From positions 1 through 61,568 of IMG/VR virus record IMGVR_UViG_3300030107_002736: DNA of 61,568 nt; one strand, written 5' to 3'. This DNA is from a virus. Lineage: Duplodnaviria > Caudoviricetes. Within the stretch, counting starts at the first letter, position 1. Each line of letters starts with the position of its first letter. Under the pieces are notes generated by a model that was not told the origin of the DNA, ran no database searches, and worked only from the letters and a program-made list of their open reading frames with translations. The position numbers and the translations under genes are program-made. This document shows positions 9,815 through 22,700 of this stretch, piece after piece.

Positions 9815-11993
9815 GAAAAAAATGTACCCAGGCTACCCACACGGTGGACAAGTAGGGCCTGATCCCAAGCCAGAAGGTAGGCGCAGTATACTTGCTGGAA
9901 TTATGGCTCTTCTTAATAGGGGCCAAGAGCAAGACAGTGTTATGGGAGCCAGGATGGATGAGGCTGCAGCCAGTCGTCAAGCTAAAGATGATTTTCAAAG
10001 GTTCTTGATGGGTCGTGAAAACTCAAATTTAATGGAGCCAGACGAATTTGGCATTCAGCGCCCACTTCCTCCCGTCTTGTCAAGCGAGAATTTTGATCTT
10101 CTCTCAGATCGTGAGATAATGAAGGGTTTGTCGGATTTGTGGATCCAAGAAGGCATGGAAGATCTGGGTCCTGCAATGAACGCATATAATGCAGCAAGTG
10201 GTTTGCGAGTGACCGGACCAACTATGCCCTTTAAACGAAGGATGGTAGATGTAGCTGACCGATCAATCCTTTATGGCGACCCAGAGACTGACGTTATGTT
10301 TAGTGACGGGCCCAGGGTTGTTGCCTCAGATAGAGATCCACTCGACAAGTGGAACATACCAAGACGGGAATCTATACAAAACTATCTGGATTCTATTGCT
10401 CCTTTGGGTAGAGCGTCTGGTGGCATTATTGGGCTTAGTAACGGTGGGATTCCTGCTGGTGGATCAGCAGTTACAAGCCATCAGCTAAACCCAGCCGTTG
10501 CGCAACAATATGCAAACCTGACTGACAGGATTGTTACTGAGGGACAAAGGCAGTACGCGGCGTCCCCAAATCAAAGAATTGCTGGCATTGACCCTGCCAC
10601 ACAAACAGCACTCATGGGCAGAGAGCAGTATGCCATGGGTCCTGGGCCTATGGGTACCCAGCAGGCTGCACAGTCTTACGGTCAAGCTGGTCAAATGATT
10701 CAAGGTGGCTATGGTCAGCTTGGTGGGATTGGAGCGCAACAACAAAATCTTGCAGGTCAGTTTGGTCTTCAGGGACAACAGGCACGAAATCTTGCAATGC
10801 AAGACGCTCGCGGTCTTGCGGGCCTTGGAGCACAGGCGAGAATGCAGGGGCAGACGGCTGGCGCTGGAATGCTACAGTCAGGCTTAGCTGCACAACAGGA
10901 ACAGCAGTTATTAGGTGGAAGACAGGGTGCTCTTGGTACGGGTGCGATGTCGGCTATCGGACAAACAGGTGCTGGCTTAGCAGCGCAGGGTGGTATGCGC
11001 CAAACGGGGGCAAACCTGCAAGACTACATGTCCCAATACACAAAGGGTGTTGTTGACCCGCAGCTTGAAGCGTTAAGGGAGTTTCAACAAATACAGGGAC
11101 AGCAAGCTGGCTCACAAGAAGCTATGATGGGCACACAAGGAAGCATGAGGGCTGGTGTTGAATCAGCGCAAAGAGCCCAGGATGTTTCTCAGCAGGCTGC
11201 AAATATTATCGGTAGTGCACAACAAGATGCGCTTAGAAATGCACAGCAAGCGTTTCAGGCCGACAGGGCAGCCGCGATGCAGGGCCTTCAAGGACAGCTT
11301 GGAGCACAGCAGGCGGGTGCCCAGATTGGACTTTCAGGGCTCGGCGCACAACAGGCTGCTGCCGGACAAGGCGCACAATTTGGCATGCAGGGTCAGCAAC
11401 AAGCGTTTGGTGCACAACAAGCAGGCATGGGCCAAGGCCTACAGGCGTCACAGGCTGCGGCCAACCTCGGCCAACAGGGCTATCAAGCACAGCTTGGCGC
11501 AATGGGCCAGCAAGGTCAAATGCTTGGTCAGGCCGGTCAGACAGCACAAGCTATGGGCGGAATGGGTAGCCAGATGGCCGGTGTCGCAAGTGGTCAGGCA
11601 AACCTTGGTGCACAACAACAACAGCAACAAATGGCAAGAATGCAGGACCTAATGGGTGTTGGTGGCTATAGGCAGGACAGGCAGCAGCAATTGCTTAACC
11701 TGCAGGAGCAGGACCGCATGAACGCCATGAACCAAGAGCGACAGAATATTAACTGGCAGCTTGGCGCAATGGGCAGCCTGCCGTATCAAGGCTCTACAAT
11801 ACAAAGCGCCCATATGCCGCAGCAACAAGGCCCGACTGGGTTCCAACAAATGGCTTCTACAGGTTTAGCGGGGATGGGCGCGTACAACGCATTCAGGAAT
11901 CAGACCCAACGGAACCAAAACCAATACCCTGTTCAAAACCAAGGAATGGGGCAGAAGGTTCCAAATCAAACAAAAAATCAACTGATCGACTAA
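9807..11993 (+). CDS. Q/G/A-rich internal virion protein (DNA pilot / ejection tube candidate)
   Basis: 728 aa with a long Gln/Gly/Ala coiled-coil-like region. Lies in the ejection-protein position. Confidence 0.65.
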   Translation: MPKKKMYPGYPHGGQVGPDPKPEGRRSILAGIMALLNRGQEQDSVMGARMDEAAASRQAKDDFQRFLMGRENSNLMEPDEFGIQRPLPPVLSSENFDLLSDREIMKGLSDLWIQEGMEDLGPAMNAYNAASGLRVTGPTMPFKRRMVDVADRSILYGDPETDVMFSDGPRVVASDRDPLDKWNIPRRESIQNYLDSIAPLGRASGGIIGLSNGGIPAGGSAVTSHQLNPAVAQQYANLTDRIVTEGQRQYAASPNQRIAGIDPATQTALMGREQYAMGPGPMGTQQAAQSYGQAGQMIQGGYGQLGGIGAQQQNLAGQFGLQGQQARNLAMQDARGLAGLGAQARMQGQTAGAGMLQSGLAAQQEQQLLGGRQGALGTGAMSAIGQTGAGLAAQGGMRQTGANLQDYMSQYTKGVVDPQLEALREFQQIQGQQAGSQEAMMGTQGSMRAGVESAQRAQDVSQQAANIIGSAQQDALRNAQQAFQADRAAAMQGLQGQLGAQQAGAQIGLSGLGAQQAAAGQGAQFGMQGQQQAFGAQQAGMGQGLQASQAAANLGQQGYQAQLGAMGQQGQMLGQAGQTAQAMGGMGSQMAGVASGQANLGAQQQQQQMARMQDLMGVGGYRQDRQQQLLNLQEQDRMNAMNQERQNINWQLGAMGSLPYQGSTIQSAHMPQQQGPTGFQQMASTGLAGMGAYNAFRNQTQRNQNQYPVQNQGMGQKVPNQTKNQLID

Positions 11994-12003
11994 GAGAAGA
12001 GCA

Positions 12004-13737
12004 ATGGCGCGACTAAGCTTTGTAGAACAGGAACGAATTGCACGGAACATGACCGATGCTGATATTCTGGGTGAATATGAGCAGGAAGGTTCCGTATTAC
12101 CTCCTGGGATTCAGATTGATAAAAATGTTCTTCTTGGTGAGATGGATGGTCGTACCTACGTTCGCGATGCTACAAGTGCCGCCCAAGCAGCCGCTAACAT
12201 GCCCCCAGGAACCGTGGCAGACCAACGAGTAGAGAAGTTTAGGGGAAACATGCAGGGTGTACAGCAGCTATTGGCTGCAGGACCTCAGGGCATGCCTCCA
12301 GAAATGGGTCCACAAATGGCATACGGTGGGGGCATTATCGAATTAGCAAACGGTGGGGGCGTTGAAGACAAGGGCTGGAACAGAGAAGACGAGGGTGCTC
12401 TTATGGCACTTGGTCGTGGTGCGATGGGCCTTACCACTGGCGCAACCGACTGGCAGGGTTTAAAAGATCAAGGTTTTTTAAAAACCGCCGGAAACGTAGC
12501 CCTTACGGGAGCCCTTGCTATTCCAGGTATAGGCTGGGCAGGCGGCGCAGCAGCAAAGGCGTTACCATTGGCTTTAAGAGGTGCTAGAGGTCTTTATAGC
12601 CTTAGGACTCCTACTGGAATTGGAAGGGCTTTAAAGGCTGGCGGACAAAGCAATAGCGCAATAGCTAGAGGGCTTACCCGTGCATTTGGGGGACGCTTTA
12701 ATCCAAATTTAGCTATAAGAGGTTCAGGGTTTAGAAGAGATACAGCTCTTGACCGTCTTTTTGGCCGTGGGCAGTCAATGATTAGAACTGGTAACCTTGC
12801 AGGGTCCAGGGGTGCACCTCAAATAATTGGTTACGGAGCTGCGGGACAAAGGGCCTTGGGCAGAGCAGGTCTTGGTGGCCTTATGGCATACGGCATGTTT
12901 GGTCCTGACGCAGGCGACATGCAGGAAGAAGCCGCTGCTATCGCAGAAGAAGAAGGAATGAGCCTAGAAGAAGCAATGCTTAAGATATTAGAGGAACAGG
13001 GGCTCTTGGGTGACCAAGGTGGTAGCCCAAGTGGAATGGGGAGCGCCCTTGAAGGTGACCTGGGCCGAGCGTTTATGAACCGCAGGGACAATCTGTTGAG
13101 GTATGAAGAGTGGTTAAGAACAGGGACAACTGAAGAAGATGAACTAGACGCTCTTTTGAGACAGCGCGGTCAGGACGTTCTTGACAGAAATGATCCTGAA
13201 TTCGATAGAAACAACCTGTTGACACAACTAGCTATTGGCGGAGCAAGAGCTGTAAGGGACCCCGACACTGCTGTTGAAAGTCTTGCGGATACTGCAAATA
13301 TTATTACCGCACAAGGCGAACAGCAAAGAGCCAGGCGCGAGGCGCTTGACGATCTGGCATTTGAGCTTAGCGCAATGCCGGTAGAAAGGGCTGCAGAGAG
13401 ATCAAGGCAGAGTGTTGCGCCACAACTTGACGCAGCGGTGGCTGATCTACAACAGCAAATTGCAAGCCTTGCTGGCATTGACATGCAAACTAGACGTGCG
13501 CTTGAGTCAGCTATGATGCAGATTAGTGCAGCAAACGAATTCAACCCAGCGCACTTGCCTCACATAGAAAATATGATGATAGGAATGGTAGAACACGGTA
13601 TAGTACCCGAAGAGGCTGGCGTAGAGCTTCTCAACAACTTCTACGGCCTCATGTCAGATCGAATGAAAGCTGAAGCCGCAGGGTACCAAATGGGCGGAAG
13701 AAACAATCCGCTTGGGCGAGTATTATTTAATCAGTAA
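12004..13737 (+). CDS. Internal virion (ejection-type) protein
   Basis: 577 aa with AYGGGII / ANGGGV motifs, a Gly-rich hydrophobic segment and a helical C-terminus. Confidence 0.6.
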   Translation: MARLSFVEQERIARNMTDADILGEYEQEGSVLPPGIQIDKNVLLGEMDGRTYVRDATSAAQAAANMPPGTVADQRVEKFRGNMQGVQQLLAAGPQGMPPEMGPQMAYGGGIIELANGGGVEDKGWNREDEGALMALGRGAMGLTTGATDWQGLKDQGFLKTAGNVALTGALAIPGIGWAGGAAAKALPLALRGARGLYSLRTPTGIGRALKAGGQSNSAIARGLTRAFGGRFNPNLAIRGSGFRRDTALDRLFGRGQSMIRTGNLAGSRGAPQIIGYGAAGQRALGRAGLGGLMAYGMFGPDAGDMQEEAAAIAEEEGMSLEEAMLKILEEQGLLGDQGGSPSGMGSALEGDLGRAFMNRRDNLLRYEEWLRTGTTEEDELDALLRQRGQDVLDRNDPEFDRNNLLTQLAIGGARAVRDPDTAVESLADTANIITAQGEQQRARREALDDLAFELSAMPVERAAERSRQSVAPQLDAAVADLQQQIASLAGIDMQTRRALESAMMQISAANEFNPAHLPHIENMMIGMVEHGIVPEEAGVELLNNFYGLMSDRMKAEAAGYQMGGRNNPLGRVLFNQ

Positions 13738-13757
13738 CAACTCCGAGTCTTAGCAAT

Positions 13758-16700
13758 ATGCCACAATGGAAAAAGTTACCGGATGGCAGTTGGGATTTTG
13801 TTCCTGATAATATCTCAATTTATAATCAGCTATCCCAGCCGTACTCAAGTTACGATTGGTCACAGTTTTCTGCACAGAGTTCTCCGTTTCAGGCCCGAGA
13901 AAGACAGCAGGATGGCAGCCTTTTTGGGTCTGCAATTGAAGGCCTAAAAAGTATTCCTGCTGGGTTTGTTGATGTCCCTGCACGAATACTTCAGTCCGGT
14001 ATAGGTGCTGTTACACCCTTTGCTGACCTGCCAATTGAAAAACGTTTGCGGGAAGCGGCAAGAAGGCGTCAGCAGGAAGGGTTTGTTTTTAGGCGAGATC
14101 CGACTTACTTGGACGCATTTCTTCCAGACGTGGGAGCAGGCCTTGGCCAAGTCGGTGCCCTTTCTCTTTTGGGTAGACTTGCTACCAGAATGGGTCCATA
14201 CGGACTAATTGCTGGTGGTGTAGCTCTTGGCATAAGCGAACAGATTAATCGGATGGCAGACCAGGAGCAAAAGTCTGGCAAAGACATTCCGTGGTATACT
14301 GAAACGCCCGCCCACCTTATTGGAGGATTGATCGGGCTTTCTGAGATGGTAACGCCACTTAGGTTACTCAAGGGTTTTCCTGGCGCAGCAAAGAGTCCGT
14401 TCTTTAAGCGCATGATCAGGCAAAGCAGGCCAGCAACAGCAGTTTTTTCGGCTGCAGGTATGCGTTCGGCGTTAGGTAGCACGGGGGCGGAGGCGCTACA
14501 AGAAGGCTTTGCTCAGGGTTTGCAATCCGCTACAGCCAGAGGCTTGTACGACCCTGACGCGCTCAAAGACGTGGCACACTCAATGATGGAAGAGGCCAAG
14601 GTCGGCGGTGTCGTTGGTGGTATAGCGGATGTCCTGGCCACATCAATGCGTGGCTACAACATCAGAGGTATGGGCTACGACACAGAAGACCATTTTCAAG
14701 AAGAAGTGTCGCTACAAAGGGCTGATGCTCGGCGGCGTAAAAGCAAGGAAGCAGAAGATTTTTTTAAGGAATTGGACTCAAGTCTGGTTCGTAGGGACAT
14801 AGACCCGATTCTGAAAGAGTACGGAATATCTGAAGGGCTTGCCGAAGATATCCATACCTTGTTTCACGGCGCACATGCAGACATGCCCCTGCACCTTGAG
14901 CACTCGTTAGCGTCTGGAGAGCTAGACGTAGAAACAATGGCGGTGCTAAGGAACAGGTTTAGCGCGAACGCGGAGCGAGCGGCGGCGCAACTGGAAAAAT
15001 TGTCGAACAAAAGCAAAAGCCCGTTACAAAGACGACAGCTTTATAGGGGAGCAAAGGCCATTAGAGAAATCTTGGGCAAGCGCCTATCAGCTCTCGACAA
15101 AAGAATTGAGTTAGCAGGCTACGGGATTGTAAAGCTGGGGGGACTGACAGATTCGACGCAATACCAAGCCATTAGATCTGATGCAAACATTCCCGAGGTT
15201 GTTGACTCTTCTTGGGACACAATCGTTGGTATTGGCCACCAGCGAGACGCTGCCATTAAAGCGGGACAACCGATGCCTGAATACAAAACCATTCTAGAAG
15301 ACTACATGGGTGGTTCAGCCGGTAGGATAGGTCTCTTTAGGATGGCCGAAGTACTGGGTGTTCACGGAGGCCCAGGGTCAGATGCGATTGATGTGGATCG
15401 GGTAGAAAGCAATGGGCACATACCCGACAAAACACTGTCATCTTCGGAGGCAGCAAATTTTTCCTTAGGTGATGTAGGAAGGGTTTTGTTTGGCCGCAAA
15501 GGAGACAGGGGGGTTATAGCTGGCCTGCAATACACAGACGACCTAGGACTTTCTGCAGAGCTTGAAACAATCAATGAAAGAATAAAAACACTAGAAGGTG
15601 AGCTGGATAAGGCATACACAGAGCACCCACGGTTTCGCGAAGTTGCGGAGGCAAAAAAGGGTGAGGTATATGAGTCTGATGATGCGTGGACCCTAGATAA
15701 AAACAAAAACATTGAAAACTGGTTATTAAAAAGCTCGCAAATTTCAAGCCTGATTGCAGGAGAAAACTTTAAAAGAAATGAACTGTACTCAAGGATGGTT
15801 CTTCAGCGGCTGCTTCATGCCAAACGAGTGTTCGACACCCCAGGCACGGACCCTCAAACCTATCGACAAAACAAAAAACTAAAACTAGAAGCTGCCAACG
15901 ACTTAGAGCTTACCACGTCCAAGGACCCCAATGAGCAGGAGGCCGCACTTGATGCGTGGTTACAACAATCAATTGAAGATGCGCAGAACACCTACGACAG
16001 AAGCGTGGAGCGTCAGGCAAGGCTAGATGCGCGTAAGGCAGAAATTGAAAAGAAAATTGCTTCCACAGAAGACGAATCGCTTCTTGTTGAATTGCGTCAA
16101 CAACAGGTACACGACGTTGATGCGCACAAAATGTTTACAAGGGACACTTCCGCAGCACAGCTTGCTCGTTTAGCCACATTTTTTAATAAAGATGTCAGGG
16201 CTAGACGAGATGCAATTGATCAGCGTTTAATGATGAGAGCGTATGCTGACATCAGTGGTTGGGCGTCGAGAAACGATCATCGTCTTACGGTAGCTGAGTC
16301 AGGACAGACTACATCAAGGGAACTGAAAAAATTTATAGAAGATGTCCTGCCAACCCGCTTAAAAAGACATGAAACAATTCAAGAAAATTTAACACGAACA
16401 TACGAAAAGCTAAGAGGCTCAGCCAAGAAGTCCCCAACCTTTGAATCACTGGTCAGGGCACAGTTTGGCGATGGGCGGGACTCAGTAAGAAAGTACGAAG
16501 AAGCTTACGGTCTCGTTACGGCTGATGACGTTGAAACTTTGCTAAAAAGCAAAAATATTTTTTTAAGGGGTGGGGTTCCAGGAAAAGACAAAGACAAGGC
16601 GGTCAAAGGGAACATTGGAAAAACCCTTGAGCGAAGGCTGGGGACGGGTGTAGAAAGCAGGCCCTTTAAATCTCTTCTTCAAAACCTGACTGGTGCCAAG

Positions 16701-19700
16701 AGCTGGGCTACTGCAAGCCCTGGCCAACGCCTGCTTATGTACTCGCGTTTGCTCCAGCTTCCTGCGCACCGGATGACGCTAGACCCTCGTGGCAAGGTGG
16801 ACTCAGAGGGCGGTGGGTTCATGCCGTTATTCCTGCCAACATTTGAGCACAACCCAAAGGCAGATGAATACCTTGAGTCAATCATGGATGTTCTTATCAG
16901 GCCTTACGCATTTAAAGATGAGCGAGCAATTCCTGGTGAACAGAGACGCACAGTTCAAAACATCAGAAATGTAATTGAACAGCAACGAACTCAGGCTGGC
17001 CAAGAGTTTGATGGAATAGAGTTTGATGAGGCACTGGCAACACTTATTGAATCAGGGGTCCTTGATCACGGAGAAAGCTCAGACGCAGACCTTATAGAAG
17101 AGGGCGCTATACTTAGGCCCAGCGAAGGGTCCCTCGCCCCAACAAGAGAGGGGCAACTTGGAAGCCCGAGCAACCCCAAGACAGCAGAAACGGTCCCCGA
17201 ACTAGAAGATGTGTTGACATTTACAGAGGCTGGTGAAGGTGGCTTAAAAACCAAGGTTGATTTTAACTATCGGGGCCATCCACTGTCGGCTATTACTCTG
17301 GGGCATAAAACAATTATCACGGTTGATAATGAATACAGCTCAGATATTCAGTTCGGTGACATACTAGAACTAGACGATCCAACCGGACTAGAAGACGAAA
17401 TTCGACGGATTGGCGATGAGTACGAAAAGGGGTTAATAACGGACCAGATGATGGACTTTTTCTTGTCTAAAGCTGGGCACCGGATACTAGTAAGGGCTGG
17501 AGGACAAGGAACTCCTTTGGCCTGGAGATTTAACTATGCCACGTTAAGCGATATCGCTACACAGTTATCCAACTACAGGGACGGAATATCGAATCCAAAG
17601 GTTCGCACAGCGAACGCTGCGAAGGTTGCAAGAATCGACGGGGCAACTGAACCCGTCGAGTTTGATAAAGCCAGGGTGGTTCCCATGAGATATAGGGATG
17701 GCGACCAAGGTTTAGCCATGCGACCTGGGCTCGAAGGAGCAACAACGCTTGATTTGATTAGGCAAGGACTGAGGACCTCCACTAGCCGACAAAAGAGATT
17801 TCCTATCACGGTTGGGCAAATCATCAAGGTGCAGGGCAAGGACCGGAGCGACTATGATTTTGTGCGCGTTACGTCTGGCTGGAAAAGCCTAGACGAAGTT
17901 GATCAGGCAACATGGACCGAAATGGAAGGGTGGGGCGCTGAAGCATATGAGAAGCTGCGCAAAAAAGGGTATTCCTACTTTACCTACGAAAGGGTAGACC
18001 CAAGCGAGATTGCTAGTAAGTCACGGGACGCAGAAAAGGCTGCAATCGCTACAGCTGTTGTTGGAGAGGTCAATGATCAGCTTGACCCGCTTGGCAACTC
18101 AAAGCTTTCAAGATACATGGAAGCCTTGAAGCCAAGCTTTACGGCCTTCCATTTCGGTACACGGCTATTCAAAAATGAAGCAGACTTGCCGGACCCATCC
18201 GACCTTGTGACTGACGGGATGCAATTGATTAGGCTGGAAAAGCCCTTCACCAGCGAAGATGTTATATGGGTGTCTACCGATATTGGCGTAACTGCATCAA
18301 CTGTCTCTGATTTAAGTAATGTTGTTCCTGTGGAAAGGGTGCTTCGGGCTGTCGTAGATGGGGAGCTGCAGGGAGTATACAAAGCTGTTGACCTTGCAAT
18401 TGAGGCAAGGGCGTCCATTGTTATGGACAAGAAAGACGAGGTTGCCCCTGACGATGTGGCCCAGAAGGAGCTGATAGCCTATCTCGAAGACAAGGGCTAT
18501 GTCAGGATGCCAGAAGATAGTTCAGTGGCCGCGCCAATAGCTGATGAGGGTGGTGACGCTTCCGATTACAGAATAAGAGCTTGGGCACAAAGAAAAAAAG
18601 ACAGGTCGATTGCAAAGAGATTCAACCCCGAAAGTTCTAATAGTGGTGTCTGGGTTTACAACGGTGCCGTAGACTGGGCGCAACAAAACAACTCCTCTGC
18701 GCGTCCATACGCGCAGCTCGTCAAGGACGGGGCTGTAACGATTCCAGTGAAACCGTTCGAGTCATTCGACATACCAGATTGGACGGAGTATGCGGCTTTT
18801 CTGGAGGACATTAGAACTGAATACGCAAAGTCTGGAGTGCTTCCTTATTTGACCGAAGCGGGTTTTGGTGAACTAGATGCTAAACAAAAAATCAGGAACC
18901 AGTTAATACGAAACCCGAGTCTTTTAACGCCAGCAAGCTCAGTCGTGCATGATTATTATAGCGACAAGACAACAAGCGGTCTCACTATTATAGGAGAGTT
19001 ACTGTCTAAACGCAGAAGCAAAGAAGATCGTCTTGATTTTTTAAGACAAGTGCTTCCGGTTATCAATCAAGTGGAACGGGAGTCGCGCACCCTGGGCCCC
19101 ACCATTGAAGAATGGAAAGACATTCTTTCAACGGTAGGATTAAAGCATGTTCCCTATTCAGAGTTTATGCCAGACGTAGATGTAGATGACATTAGTGACG
19201 ACGATTTAAAAAAGTACGAGGAAGAATCTCGTCAGATACTGGGCGACAACACGAGGCTTGATGGAATAGAATTTTCAAAAGAAGACTTGGTTTGGCAGAG
19301 AAGGTACCAGCTACTGCACGATTTGGTGGCCCCTGAGGCCAAGGCCTTTTTTGTAGTTGGAAGCGCCCCCGATGCAGACTACCTGGGTTTTTCGAGCAAC
19401 TTTGGAAGCGATGCCCAAGTGGAAAGGGATGACGAGCAGTACACGTTTATTAATCGCGCTAAGATGTTGCAGTCGTTCGAGCTTTCTGGAGAAAAAGCCG
19501 TTCCCGTCTGGAAGGTTCAGGGCGGCATTGTGACCAAGGACCAAGTAGTTAGGGGTGGCGACACTGACTCAACTTTCTACGCAAACGTAAGGAAGTTTAC
19601 CCCTGACGGTGTTCCCGGCCTTGGGCCGGATGGGTTTGAACGCATTGAAGACTCGTTGGTTATGCTAATAGCCCACGAAAAAGCTCACAGTTTTATAACT

Positions 19701-22700
19701 GCCCAGCTTGTTGGAACAGAAAGGGGTCAGTTCGATAAGGGGCAGGGGGATATAAGTAGCGCCATCTATGAAGACGTAATCAACAACTACGCCTTAAACG
19801 AACTGCCAAGATTGGCGTGGGCAGCCCTCAGGTCTCGTATGGAAACGAGGCGGCTAGACAAGCTCAGGGCTGCGCCCAAGTCGTTTAAGGCTGACACCGT
19901 TAGCCCCAACCTTAACATCATAGAAGGTGCGCGGAGGATGCCGCTCGGTGGCGACTTTGTATCCGACGTAATAGAGCGTCAGGCAGAGCTTGAAGACCAG
20001 TCACCAAGGTCTGACTACCACAAGCACGTCAGAGAAAACAAAAAAATATTTGAGGCCAAAGCAAGCGCAGTCAGGGTCAAAGAAATACTTAATGATCCGA
20101 AGATGAAAAAGCATGTCGATGATGCTGTACGCAGATGGAACAAGCAAAACGAAAAGAAGATCACCAGAAAAGAGTATATAGAAAGATATGCTTCTCAGAT
20201 AACCTCTACGCTTGGGTTGCAGGCATTAGAGGATGCTGGTGTCTTGGAGTCGGTCTCGGGCCGACTAAGGCGAGCGGAAAACATTCCGGCAACGGAATCA
20301 GTTCTTCGCTTCAACACTTCCGAAGGATCAAAAATACTTAGTGAGTTGATTGTGGGTGACGCTGTACCCACATCAATAGAAGCTCGGGCCTCTGCAGTCA
20401 GGAGAGCCCATCTGGAAGAATCACAAAAGCGTTTTGGGCACCTCAAAACCGAAGCCCTTATCACGTTAGCCAAGTTGAGGGTGCCCGATAACATCAAAAC
20501 TCAGTTTGTTGACGATATAGATGGTCTGTTTCAGGGGAACAGTGAGGTAATGGTCAGAGGGGAAATGCTACCCCAAACAAGAGCTGCCGTTTACGACTCT
20601 GCAGCAAACAGAATTATTATCAACCTGGCCGCCATCGACCCTGATAACATGATGGACGCAGAGATGGTTATTCGCGAGGCCGTGACCCACGAGGCAATCC
20701 ACGCGCTTAAGGCCAGGGGTCATTTTTACGAAAGCGAGCTAAGCCACCTTAGAGCGTATGTAAGAAACAACGTGGTTCCAGAGGAGTGGGACAAGGAAGC
20801 TCACGACATGGGACTGACTTGGTTTGAGAGGGAGGTTTACCGCCAAAAAGAATCAAACCTGGGTGAGCTTGAGGTAGAGGAAGAGTCGATTCTGGCGTTA
20901 ATGCAGGCCTTAAGCCAAGACGGTGTGCCCGAGGCGCGTGAAGGTGGTAGTGGTGCCAAGCTGCGTAAAACTAAAAACCGGATGATGGAATTCTTTGATG
21001 CGGTTGTTGGCGCAGCCAAGGAAACGGATATCGGCGGCGTTATGAAAATATTTTCTGCCGTAGAGTCTGGCGCTGTGGGTATGCGGGGTGCTGGGTACAG
21101 AGGAGAGACGGACTTTGACGCTGAAAAAGATGAGATTAGGTCCATGCGTCTGTCTCGTTACGCAGACCCTGCCGAACTGCAAGAGCTGACAAAAGCTATT
21201 GCCTTGCGAGATGCTGCACCAAACGAATCTATGAGGTCTAAGGAGCAGGAAAAAGTAGACAAGATCGCTGACCGGATAGTGGGCAGAAGGTCCAGGATAC
21301 AGGAGTCGGCAAATCCTGTTGACGGAGTACAGGCCATAGACAATGAACGCAGGGCCGTTGAAGAGGTCAGGGCGACAAACTCCTACGCTATTCCCCTCTT
21401 GGGCAACAAGATGTGGACCGCAAAGGACAACCGACAAGCCAGAGATGCCGCACTGGATGAGTATTTCAGAATAAAGAAAGGTGAGTCCGGGTACACGATG
21501 CCTCGTGACTGGATGAACATGTTTGACAATCAAACAAGGAACACCACAACCCTTGAAGATTTAGTCAAAGAAGCGATAGAGAACGGGCTGGTTACGCCAA
21601 CAGCGAAGGGTGGCAGTTTCAAGAAGAGCCTTGAAGAGGGTGTGCTTGGTCCTGACAGCATATCAGGAAACAACCCAGAAGAGACTCTTGAAAATATTAA
21701 AACGTCAAGGGATCAGCTTAGGTATCAATTCCTTGATCGTCGTCAGTGGGTTGTTAAGCAAACTGACAGGTTGCTTGAGTTACAAAACAGAGCCTCTATA
21801 GATGCAGAAACAGCAGCTTTGGTTGCGATCAGAAACGCTGACAACGCAGTAAACTGGCTTGAAGGAATAATGGAGCGCGGCCCAATGTCGTACCTAGGGC
21901 AGAGCACTTCTAGGGGCAGTTGGGATATTGCGCCCGTGTACGACGACCAGCTTCAAGAGAAGTACGGCGGGGACGGTCAGGTTGGTAGCCTGCTTGACAT
22001 ATTTGCTTTTATTGCCAACCCGAAGGATGAGCAGGCTGCCGCCGTATATGGTATGGCCAAGCGTATCCGGTGGACCAGGCTTCGCAGGGACGAGACAAGG
22101 GCTCAGGTGTACCCAGACCCAATGCGACCAAACATCGAACGTGATCTTCAAAGCCCAGAATTAGCTAGTCAGCTACGAATGTTCGACGAAGCCTACGAAA
22201 GAATAAACCCCAAGAACAAAAAAACTGGCGAGCGGATGTGGTCTGAAGCTTTCCTTGATAAGGTTATTGAGGATACCGAGGCAAACAACGAGCACATCAT
22301 AGAGTTCTGGGATCACTATCAAGCCTTTAACAGAGCAATGATAGAGACTTCTTACAGGGCTGGACTTCTTACTAGGTCTCAGCGGGATGAGTGGATAGCA
22401 ATGCCATACACTCCGTTCTATCGCGACACCTCAAAGGAGGACCAAAGTCCGATTGGCTCATCTGGCGAGATGGTCAAGCGAGGGAAGGTGATGGTTGAGC
22501 GGGCCATCAGGGGAAGCTTTGAGCCCATAAAGTCCGACCTGGTGTCGAACATTATGGAGAACACTCAAGCCCTGATTAGAGATATGACTATGAATGTCGC
22601 TACCGCCCGAACTGCAAGGGATGCGGTTTCGTTAGGTGACGCGGAACAGGTTTCCGTGAGCGACATGCGCTCGGCTTTGGATGACAGGATCGTTCGCGTC

